A DNA stretch of 64,000 nucleotides from Armatimonadota bacterium (lineage in GTDB: Bacteria > Armatimonadota > Zipacnadia > Zipacnadales > JABUFB01): NCBI GenBank assembly GCA_013314775.1, contig JABUFB010000011.1, forward strand, positions 9,144 to 73,143, in the 5' to 3' direction. This document shows positions 37,081 to 44,727 of this stretch, one piece after another; within the stretch, counting starts at the first letter, position 1; every line of letters starts with the position of its first letter. The notes beneath the pieces were generated by a model. The model was not told the origin of the DNA and searched no databases. It worked only from the letters and a program-made list of their open reading frames with translations. A program made the translations under genes and the position numbers.

Positions 37081-37608
37081 TCAGCTGCCCGACCACACAG
37101 CCAGGCCGATCAGGCCGCAGGCGACCACCACAATCCCCGCGTCGACGCGCTTCCAAAGGAGCGCGCCCAGCGCCAGGACGGCCAGCAGCGCCTGGGGGAG
37201 AGTACCGCAACTGTTGCGCGCAATCGGGACGGCCGCCGCCACGATAAGCCCGACAACCCCGGGACGCACACCTTTGACAAACGCCATCACCCGCTTGTTT
37301 CCCTGCAACCGGGAAAGCCGGTTTGAGGCGAGCACGGTCATCACGAAGGAGGGCAGAAAAATGCAGATGGTCGCCAGTGCCGCGGCCACTACCCCCCCCA
37401 CTTTGTAGCCCACGAAGCTTGCGGTCACCAGTACCGGGCCTGGGGTCATCTGGCCAAGAGCAACGGCATCCACGAACTCCTGCTGGGTGAGCCAATGGTA
37501 CCTGTCCACCACGTCCGCTTGCATGAGCGGGATCATCACCAGCCCGCCGCCAAACACAAGGGCCCCCACGCGCAGGCAGACCAGGCAAAGCTGAAAGACC
37601 TCGTTCAC
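37081..37608 (-). CDS. Chromate transporter family protein, half-size (short-chain CHR)
   Basis: 'FGGGLVMIPLMQADVV...WLTQQEFVDAVALGQMTPGPV' is the CHR signature. The GTG start overlaps the upstream TGA (GTGA at 37605-37608). Confidence 0.8.
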   Translation of the reverse strand: MNEVFQLCLVCLRVGALVFGGGLVMIPLMQADVVDRYHWLTQQEFVDAVALGQMTPGPVLVTASFVGYKVGGVVAAALATICIFLPSFVMTVLASNRLSRLQGNKRVMAFVKGVRPGVVGLIVAAAVPIARNSCGTLPQALLAVLALGALLWKRVDAGIVVVACGLIGLAVWSGS

Positions 37609-38147
37609 GGCTGGTCCTCCTCATGTTTCGGCCGATAGATAACCAGCCCGGCGAGACCGGCCGCGAGGATGACGATCGCGGGGTTCGCACCGGCTACTGT
37701 GGAGACTCCCGCGGCCAGAGCAATCAACAGGCCTGCCCGGTCTGTGACGTTCTTTGCACCCATCCGCCACGCAGTTGCCAGAATTATGGCCAGCACGGCG
37801 GGCCCAACCCCCATGAAGAACCCGGCGACTTGGGGGATCCTGCCGTGGGCGAGGTACAACGGCGTCAGCACCAGCATCAGCACGAACGCGGGCAGGATCA
37901 GCGCCACGGTGCTCACGATTGCACCCGGCAGACCTCGCAGCCTGAGCCCGATGTGGGTTGCGCAGTCCACCGCCACCGGTCCAGGGAGCACCTGACCGAT
38001 CGCGACGCCTTCTGCGAAGTCTTCCTCACTCACATCGTGGGACTTCTCCACCAACTGGTGCTGCATGAGCCCGACAAGAGCCATCGGTCCGCCAAATCCG
38101 GTGGCGCCGATGCGCAGGAACTTCGCGGCCAGAGTAGTCAATCTCAC
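37605..38147 (-). CDS. Chromate transporter family protein, half-size (short-chain CHR)
   Basis: The translation reads 'LRIGATGFGGPMALVGLMQHQLVEK...FAEGVAIGQVLPGPVAV'. I prefer GTG 38147, which overlaps the ThiF-like stop (GTGA), over the track start at 38219, which would overlap the upstream gene by 75 nt. Confidence 0.75.
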   Translation of the reverse strand: MRLTTLAAKFLRIGATGFGGPMALVGLMQHQLVEKSHDVSEEDFAEGVAIGQVLPGPVAVDCATHIGLRLRGLPGAIVSTVALILPAFVLMLVLTPLYLAHGRIPQVAGFFMGVGPAVLAIILATAWRMGAKNVTDRAGLLIALAAGVSTVAGANPAIVILAAGLAGLVIYRPKHEEDQP

Positions 38148-38902
38148 CCGATGAGACCTCCGCACGCCGGGCAGTCCACGCGGCGCGCAACGGGAATCCG
38201 GCACATCTCCACATCCCACACATCCACCTGAACCAGATCCTCTACCGTGTCGCAGTCGCAGCCCGCAAGTATCTTCAGTGCCGCCGCAACCTGCAGCGAG
38301 GCGATTATATTCACCACCGGCGCGATCACACCTGCCGTAGCGGCCGTCTCGCTGGAATCGCGGTCCGGCTCAGTGCAGTAAAGGCAGCACAGGCACGCGT
38401 CTCGCCCGGGGCGGATCACCTTGGTCAGCCCGTAGGAGCCGGACACAGCCCCGTAGATGAAGGGGATGTCGGCCTCGCAGGCTGCCCGGTTCAGGGCGAA
38501 CTTGGCCGCGAAGTTGTCCACTCCGTCGATGATCAGATCCGTGCCAGCGGCCAGTTCGGCGACATTGTCCGAGTCGAGGCGCGCGACAATGGGCTCGATA
38601 GCCACCCGGGAGTTGCAGGCTCGGAGCTTCTCTGCAGCCGCATGGACCTTGGGTTGCCCCGCGGCGACATCGGTCTCGTCATAGAGCGACTGTCTCTGAA
38701 GGTTGGATAGTTCAACGGTGTCGTGATCGACCAGGCGCACAGACACCCCGGCGCGAACCAGCATGCCGGCCGCGTTGGTGCCAAGCGCGCCCACTCCGGC
38801 CACCAGTACAAGCTTGCCACACAGCCCTGCCTGCCCAGCCTCGCCTACCGGCCCGAACAGTATCTGCCGTTCATACCGTTCCATGCCCTGCATTAGCGCC
38901 AT
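38144..38902 (-). CDS. ThiF/MoeB/HesA family E1-like adenylyltransferase (paralog 2, canonical motifs)
   Basis: The motifs 'VAGVGALGTNAAGML' (GxGxxG), 'VDHDTVELSNLQRQ' and 'DLIIDGVDNF' are present. Two CxxC pairs ('CLCC', 'CPAC') are also present. There is no rhodanese domain. ATG 38902 was verified. Confidence 0.85.
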   Translation of the reverse strand: MALMQGMERYERQILFGPVGEAGQAGLCGKLVLVAGVGALGTNAAGMLVRAGVSVRLVDHDTVELSNLQRQSLYDETDVAAGQPKVHAAAEKLRACNSRVAIEPIVARLDSDNVAELAAGTDLIIDGVDNFAAKFALNRAACEADIPFIYGAVSGSYGLTKVIRPGRDACLCCLYCTEPDRDSSETAATAGVIAPVVNIIASLQVAAALKILAGCDCDTVEDLVQVDVWDVEMCRIPVARRVDCPACGGLIG

Positions 38903-38937
38903 ACGATCCTTCGCCTTTCTTGCCCCGCGAAGCCCAT

Positions 38938-39213
38938 TTACGCCCCAGCGACCGGGGGCACTATTGACACCACGGCGCCGTCCCGCAGTGGCGTGGCAAG
39001 ACCATCAAGATCGTGGATATCTCGTCCGTCCACGAAAACGCGGACGAAAGACTTCAGTTCACCGGCTTCGTCATACAGCGAGCCCTGCACACCCGGGAAT
39101 GCGGCCACCAGCTCCATCAAGGCGTCGTTTACGCTGCCGGCGGCAGTCGTGAGGGTCTTCTGGTGGTTCGTGTGCCTGCGCAATGGAGTGGGCAGTTTGA
39201 TGACTGCGGGCAT
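38938..39213 (-). CDS. MoaD/ThiS-family ubiquitin-like small protein ending in ...PPVAGA
   Basis: The 91-aa protein has an ATG at 39213 after a GGAGGT RBS. The C-terminal 'VRVFVDGRDI...DGAVVSIVPPVAGA' closely resembles the MoaD/SAMP-type 'FPPVSGG' tail. The terminal codons GGG GCG TAA were read directly from the sequence. Confidence 0.75.
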   Translation of the reverse strand: MPAVIKLPTPLRRHTNHQKTLTTAAGSVNDALMELVAAFPGVQGSLYDEAGELKSFVRVFVDGRDIHDLDGLATPLRDGAVVSIVPPVAGA

Positions 39214-39228
39214 GGGTGGACCTCCGCT

Positions 39229-39978
39229 TCAGCTTGCGTCGCCGCAGACGGGGCAGTCCCGGCGGCGGTGGATGGAGTAGACGTCGAAACTCATATCCTC
39301 CCCGTCGTACACGAGGAGCCTTCCGGTGAGTGGCTCGCCGTACCCGGTGAGAACCTTCACGGCCTCCAGCGCCGTCAGTGCTCCGAGGCTTCCCGACAGG
39401 GCTCCCAGCACACCAAAGCCCATGGGGTCCCACCAGTCCGGAACTTCCGGCACGAGGCACTCCAGGCAGGGCGTGTCGGGCGGCACGATGGCGGTGATCT
39501 GCGCTTCCATGCCGTTCATGCCGCTGTCGATCATAGGCTTGCCTTGTCGCCAGCATTCTCGGTTGAGGATCAGGCGTTCGGTGAAATCCGGCGACGTGTC
39601 GCAGACGATGTCCACCTGGGACACCCAATCTGCGGCGTTCTCCTCGCTTGCGTTGGCAGCATACGCCACGACTTCAAGGTCCGGGTTGAAGCGCAGCAGC
39701 GTCTCCTGAGCCTGGGGGGCCCTCGGTTTGCCAATGCCGTCGCCTCGCATGAGAATCTGGCGGTTCAGATTCGATGGCGTCAGGTCTCCTGCGTGGGCGA
39801 TGACGAGCTTCCCGATGCCCGCCGCCGCAAGCCAGATCGCAGTCGGGCCACCCAAACCGCCCAGGCGTGTCACCAGAGCCGACGAGTTGCGAAGCTTCGC
39901 CTGGGCCTCCACCCCAAACCCTGGAATCTGAATCTGCCGCTTGTACTTCTCCAACTCGAACTCGGTCAGTTCGAACAA
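39229..39978 (-). CDS. ThiF/MoeB/HesA family E1-like protein (paralog 1, divergent nucleotide-binding motif)
   Basis: 'YKRQIQIPGFG', 'GLGGLGG', 'SNLNRQ' and two CxxC pairs ('CLEC', 'CPVC') are present. 'IAHAGDLTPSNL' replaces the canonical 'DxDxVxxSNL'. The apparent start is TTG 39978. Confidence 0.75.
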   Translation of the reverse strand: MFELTEFELEKYKRQIQIPGFGVEAQAKLRNSSALVTRLGGLGGPTAIWLAAAGIGKLVIAHAGDLTPSNLNRQILMRGDGIGKPRAPQAQETLLRFNPDLEVVAYAANASEENAADWVSQVDIVCDTSPDFTERLILNRECWRQGKPMIDSGMNGMEAQITAIVPPDTPCLECLVPEVPDWWDPMGFGVLGALSGSLGALTALEAVKVLTGYGEPLTGRLLVYDGEDMSFDVYSIHRRRDCPVCGDAS

Positions 39979-40014
39979 AACGATACACTCCCGTCTTCAG
40001 CAGCGGTTCGGGCG

Positions 40015-40935
40015 CTAATCCGGTGCGTGCGAGGGCCTGCTCAAGAGCCCCCACTGAGCCGCACCGAAGGCGAACACGGAGAACACCAGCATGATCAACG
40101 CAAGACCCACCGCGGTGTCTACGTCGGACTGCATCAGGCTGAAGATCGCCAGCGGGGCGGTCTGTGTGCGCCCCGGGAAGCTTCCGGCGAACAGCACCGT
40201 CGCGCCGAACTCGCCCATCGCCCGGGCCCAGCAGGTGAGAATGCCGGCAAGGATGCCGCTTCTCGCAAGTGGCAGGGTCACCAGCCGGTAGGTCGCCAGG
40301 CGACTGTAGCCGAGGGTCCACGCGGCTTCCTCAAGGGAGCGTGGGACCTGCTCGATGGCGGCCTTCGCGATGCGCACCAGAAAGGGCGAAGACACCACGA
40401 ATTGGGCGATCACGACAGCGGGGAAGGTGAATGAGAGCGGATGCCCGGCGTCAGCCAGGAAATGCCCCAGTATCCCGCGCCGACCCCAGACGAGTATCAG
40501 CGCGACACCCATCACGAGCGGCGGCAAGGCGATGGGCAACTCGATCAGCGAGTTCATCAATCGCTTGCCCCGGAAATGAACGCGCGCCAGGCAGAGGGCC
40601 GTAGGCAGCCCGAGCAGGATCGCAAAGCCGGTGGACAACACGCTGGCCTGCAAGGTCAGGGCCAACGTTCGCCGGAATTCTTCGATTGCCTCGGGACTAA
40701 GGAGGCGCTGCAGCGGGGCGTAGAAGAACAGGCCGGCAAGGGGGCCGACCGCGAGAACCACATACAGCGTCGCGATGCCAACAAGCAGGACCCCGGCCAG
40801 GCCTCGATCCAGATGCACGGTGTGTTCGGCAAAGGTAGATATCAGCGTCCGTCTGGCCGGAGACGAGGACAGCTCAAGCTGCTCTGCCCCGCTCTCCCAG
40901 TCTCGTTCCGCGCTTCCGATGAGGGCATCCTCCAT
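40015..40935 (-). CDS. modB: ABC transporter permease, molybdate/tungstate/sulfate (ModB/CysT-like) type
   Basis: 'EEAAWTLGYSRLATYRLVTLPLARSGILAG' is the EAA loop. 'GEFGATVLFAG' and about 6 TM segments are also present, as is typical of ModB-type permeases. Confidence 0.7.
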   Translation of the reverse strand: MEDALIGSAERDWESGAEQLELSSSPARRTLISTFAEHTVHLDRGLAGVLLVGIATLYVVLAVGPLAGLFFYAPLQRLLSPEAIEEFRRTLALTLQASVLSTGFAILLGLPTALCLARVHFRGKRLMNSLIELPIALPPLVMGVALILVWGRRGILGHFLADAGHPLSFTFPAVVIAQFVVSSPFLVRIAKAAIEQVPRSLEEAAWTLGYSRLATYRLVTLPLARSGILAGILTCWARAMGEFGATVLFAGSFPGRTQTAPLAIFSLMQSDVDTAVGLALIMLVFSVFAFGAAQWGLLSRPSHAPD

Positions 40936-40938
40936 GCT

Positions 40939-41793
40939 CTACTGCGGCTCCTGTCGGTGTACCGTATAGCCGTGCTCCTTGAAACTGCTCTGCGCTTCCT
41001 CTGCAGTCAGGAACTCAATGAAGGCCTTCGCAGCTTCCGGCTGCTTCGACCATTTGATCACAGCGGCGGGGATGTTCCGGGGCCGGGCGATTCCGGCCGG
41101 CAGGGCTACACCCTCCACCTTCTCGGGGTACTGGCGGGGCCAGGCGTCCCACCCGATCACCGCGTCTGCCTCGCCGAGCAGGAGCGTATTCAACACGTCT
41201 TCGCAATTGCCGGCGTAGGACACGATGCGCGGCTCGACCTTGTCCCAGAGCCCCTCTGCCTGGAGCATCTGCTGTGCGATGTCGCCGAGGCACACCGCCT
41301 TGATGTCCCCGATGACTACTCGCAGGCCATCCCGCGCGAGGTCTTCCAGTCCCTGGATGTCCTTCGGATTCCCCTTCGCCACGCAGATCGTGGGCACGAG
41401 ATCAACCAGTGGCGTGCGGGTATCCTTCAGCACTGCGCCCTTCGCTTCGGCTTTGTCCATAAAGTCATCCGAGCCCGGGATGTATACGTCTCCGTACTGC
41501 TCCTGCGTGAACTGGGTCAGCACAGCACCGGACCCGCCGAAAGTGATGTCGACCTTGACGCCAGAACGCGCCTCGTAGACGCTGGCGAGTTGCTCCAGCG
41601 CGGGCTTCGAAGCGGCACCAGCGAAAACCGTGATTGCGTCGGCCGGGCGCTGCATATCTGCGGGGTCGGCGTGCTCAGGCGCGGCTGCAATCACCCGCTC
41701 TGCACTCTCCCGGGGAGCCTGACAACCACCGAGCACCGCAATGCCCAGTAGTGAGATTGCTGTGACGACAAGGGCGAGTCGGGCGCGTACCAA
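40939..41793 (-). CDS. modA: Oxyanion (molybdate/tungstate-type) ABC transporter substrate-binding lipoprotein
   Basis: 'ITVFAGAASKPALEQLASVYE...VDITFGGSGAVLTQ' is ModA/WtpA-like. The lipobox is 'LLGIAVLGGC'. The likely start is TTG 41793, 5 nt after GGAGGA. The upstream part of the track ORF (to 41967) is not protein-like. Confidence 0.7.
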   Translation of the reverse strand: MVRARLALVVTAISLLGIAVLGGCQAPRESAERVIAAAPEHADPADMQRPADAITVFAGAASKPALEQLASVYEARSGVKVDITFGGSGAVLTQFTQEQYGDVYIPGSDDFMDKAEAKGAVLKDTRTPLVDLVPTICVAKGNPKDIQGLEDLARDGLRVVIGDIKAVCLGDIAQQMLQAEGLWDKVEPRIVSYAGNCEDVLNTLLLGEADAVIGWDAWPRQYPEKVEGVALPAGIARPRNIPAAVIKWSKQPEAAKAFIEFLTAEEAQSSFKEHGYTVHRQEPQ

Positions 41794-41937
41794 TGGGGTC
41801 CTCCGATCGACACGATCGCGCGCTGTTTGCCCGGTCTGCTGTTGCCGGCTGCCGCGCGGCCTTGCACAGAGAAGTGCGAGCCCTGTCCGCGGCTGCAACA
41901 GGTACCGATCCGAAGCGTCCGCGGCGAACCCTGGTCT

Positions 41938-41962
41938 AATTCCTACTGTAATAATAGGGATT
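41938..41962. promoter_or_regulatory. AT-rich imperfect palindrome (candidate operator/promoter core) in the divergent intergenic region
   Basis: AATTCCTA(41938-41945)-CTGTAATAA-TAGGGATT(41955-41962) pairs at 7 of 8 positions. It is the only AT-rich island between modA and the beta-helix gene. Confidence 0.35.
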
Positions 41963-42282
41963 AGCAACGTGCAATGAGGGAAGGAAACAGGAAGAATAGC
42001 GCAAGATCACCGTCCGCCCCGGCCGTCCGAACAGACCTGTGCAGTCATAACTGCGCAACCCTGGGCGTCTGCGCATTTCCTACCGCCCGCGCGCGATGGC
42101 AAGAAGCAAATCGCCTGCAGACAAGAATGACTTCGGCCAGTGCAAACGTCTTTCGCGCATGCCCGACTGTGCGCTATTATTCCACTGGCGCATATCATGA
42201 GGATCCGTACTCGCATCGGCGCTGTACTCAAGTCCTCGTGCCCAAGAGGTCGGATCCCGTCGCAGTCTGGGGGACGCATGCC

Positions 42283-44727
42283 ATGAAAGCTTCTGGCGGA
42301 TGGGTACTCTTAGCCTCAGCTCTTCTCCTGTCCCAGGTTCAGGCGCAGATCGTTGACGACTTCTCCCAGGGGGGGTGGCGGCTGTTTGAGTCCACCCCGG
42401 GGACCATCAAAGCGGAGGCGGGAAGCCTGTATCTGCAGGATGCCGACGGGGAGCCGGCGTGGGTCACTGCAAGCAAGGTGTTCACTGTCGACGTCGACAA
42501 GACGCCGTTTTTCGTGGTCGAGGTCGCATCCATCTCGGATGGCGGAACGGTCAAGTTGATCCGGCGCGATCCCTATGACAAGCGGGTCTCGGTTGAGATG
42601 GACAGGCCCGGGCTGTATGCGGTGGACATGCGCAGCCAGTATGGGTGGACAGGATCAATTGACATCGAGACATGCCTCTATGCCAATGGTGACGGAGAGA
42701 ACATTACCTACAGGTACGTAAAGTTCGCAGAGAAGCTGACTGAGGCCGAGCAGGCGCTCATCAAAGAGCGGGAAGCCGGCCCGAACGTCAGGCTTGAGGT
42801 GCCCCCGTTCGCCGTGGTACCGCTTTTCAATGCCTGTTCCGTGTACTTCACCAGTCCCAGGCTGGATTCGCTGCAGATGCGGTTCCGCGAGAAGGGCGGC
42901 CAATGGCAGCCGGCATTTCCCCCCGCCTACTTTCAAGAAGACGGCATGTACCGTGGCAGTATCGTCAATCTGGCGGAGAACACCACGTACGAACTGGAGC
43001 TTTCCGACGGCGAGGGGAACATCCTGGCCAACACCAACTTCACCACGTGGAGTTCCGATGTGCCCATCGCGAAAACGGTGGTGCTGGACGAGGCCAGCTT
43101 CGACGGGCACCTGGTGATCACCGACGCGGGATCGCGCGACGGCTGGATCCGGTACACAGCGCGTGAGGGCTTTGTGTTGCGCAATGACCGGCAGGGCCCG
43201 CTCATTGAACTCAGGAGAGCAAAGCATGTCATTCTGGACGGCCTGACGTTGCGCGGGGGACTGAAGGAGGCCATCGCCATCGACAAATGCGAGCACGTCC
43301 GCATCGCCAACTGCGACATCGCGGGCTGGGGCAGGATCGGTACGCAGCGGTTCGACCTGGACGGCAAGTTCTACACGCAAGCCGGCGAGGCGATCAACTG
43401 GGACAGCGCTATCCTCGTCCGCAAGAGCCTCGGCACGGTGGTGGAGCGCTGCTACATCCACGACCCGGTGAACACCGCCAACCCCTGGTACTGCTCGCAT
43501 CCCGCAGGCCCGCAGGCAGTGGGCATCGACAAGCCTCAGTCTACGGTCATTCGCTATAACGACTTCATCGGCAGCGACCTGCACCGGTGGAACGACGCGA
43601 TCGAGGGCGCTGGCAATTTCGACCTGAATGGCGGCTTCAACCGGGACGCCGACATCTACGGGAACTTCATGTGCTTCGCTAATGACGACGCCCTCGAGAT
43701 AGACGGGGGGCAGACCAACGTCCGGGTCTTCCGCAACAGGTTCGAAGGTTGCCTGTGCGGCGTCAGCATCCAGGGGTGCATGTCCAGCCCGTCATACGTA
43801 TTCCAGAACCTGCTGGTGAACATGGGCGACGAGCGCGGGGTGGGCGGACAGACGATTAAGACCTCCTCTTATGCAAACGGCCCCAGCGCTGTCTCCTTCA
43901 TCTTCAACAATACGTGCTATGGCGATTCCGGAGACCTCAACCTGCCGGGCAACTTGCGCATTGTCGCGAAGAACAACATTTTCGCCGGAAGGTCTGCCGT
44001 GACCGGCCGCAAGCGTTCGCCACAGTCGGAGATCGACTACAACCTGCTGTCCACCGAAGAGGATGTGCGCGACCCCAACAGCATCCACGGCGAACCCGGC
44101 TTCACGGACGCCGAAGCGGGCTTGTACGAGCCGACAGGCACATCGAAGGCCGTGGGCAGCGGCACGGAAATACCCAACTTTGCGCCCTCGGCAGACGGCA
44201 AAGTGGACATGGGTGCCATTGCTGCCGGTTCCGGCGCGACGCTACCCGAGCGCCCGATCCCTGTGCGGCTGGACCGATACCACCTCCGCTTCTCACCGGA
44301 TGAAGTACGGGCGGGTAGCACGAAGACCATTGTGACCACGGTGGAAGACCGAGACTTCTCCAGCCCCTTCCGCATCGCCAAGAACGATGCATTCGACTGG
44401 TTCGCCGTGACACCGGAGAAAGGCGTCCTGCAGTCCGGGCAGACGGTGCAGCTCTCCGTAACCCTCATCCCGGACAGGATGCAAGCGCGGAAGGTGTACC
44501 GGGGAGCTTTCCTCATCAGGCTCCCCAACGGCTTCTCCCGCCCGGTCACGGTGTACGCGAAGACCGACTTTGTGCCTCCTGTCAAGCCGGACAGCAAAGG
44601 TGGGGTGCATTCCGCGAGAGTAGGTGGGTTTTGGGGCGGATATGGCAGGAGCCGTCCTCTTGGAGCGAGAATGGAGTTGCGCTCACAAACACCAGTCTCA
44701 CGGGAGGACGGCCCACATGTCTATTAG
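42283..44727 (+). CDS. Secreted right-handed parallel beta-helix protein (pectate-lyase fold; possible GH141/PL-like) with its C-terminus replaced by IS-derived sequence
   Basis: ATG 42283 was verified and the signal peptide is 'MKASGGWVLLASALLLSQVQAQ'. Beta-helix repeats are present ('ILDGLTLRGG', 'VRIANCDIAGWG', 'NNIFAGRS'). From about 44602 the reading frame runs into the IS inverted repeat, giving the tail 'GGVHSARVGGFWGG...'. Confidence 0.6.
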   Translation: MKASGGWVLLASALLLSQVQAQIVDDFSQGGWRLFESTPGTIKAEAGSLYLQDADGEPAWVTASKVFTVDVDKTPFFVVEVASISDGGTVKLIRRDPYDKRVSVEMDRPGLYAVDMRSQYGWTGSIDIETCLYANGDGENITYRYVKFAEKLTEAEQALIKEREAGPNVRLEVPPFAVVPLFNACSVYFTSPRLDSLQMRFREKGGQWQPAFPPAYFQEDGMYRGSIVNLAENTTYELELSDGEGNILANTNFTTWSSDVPIAKTVVLDEASFDGHLVITDAGSRDGWIRYTAREGFVLRNDRQGPLIELRRAKHVILDGLTLRGGLKEAIAIDKCEHVRIANCDIAGWGRIGTQRFDLDGKFYTQAGEAINWDSAILVRKSLGTVVERCYIHDPVNTANPWYCSHPAGPQAVGIDKPQSTVIRYNDFIGSDLHRWNDAIEGAGNFDLNGGFNRDADIYGNFMCFANDDALEIDGGQTNVRVFRNRFEGCLCGVSIQGCMSSPSYVFQNLLVNMGDERGVGGQTIKTSSYANGPSAVSFIFNNTCYGDSGDLNLPGNLRIVAKNNIFAGRSAVTGRKRSPQSEIDYNLLSTEEDVRDPNSIHGEPGFTDAEAGLYEPTGTSKAVGSGTEIPNFAPSADGKVDMGAIAAGSGATLPERPIPVRLDRYHLRFSPDEVRAGSTKTIVTTVEDRDFSSPFRIAKNDAFDWFAVTPEKGVLQSGQTVQLSVTLIPDRMQARKVYRGAFLIRLPNGFSRPVTVYAKTDFVPPVKPDSKGGVHSARVGGFWGGYGRSRPLGARMELRSQTPVSREDGPHVY

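Noticed and set aside
41794-41937. A Moco (molybdenum cofactor) riboswitch call upstream of modA.
   Set aside because: The context is right and the leader is structured. However, I could not recognise the conserved Moco-motif nucleotides from memory, so it is reported only as a candidate structured leader and not as a feature.
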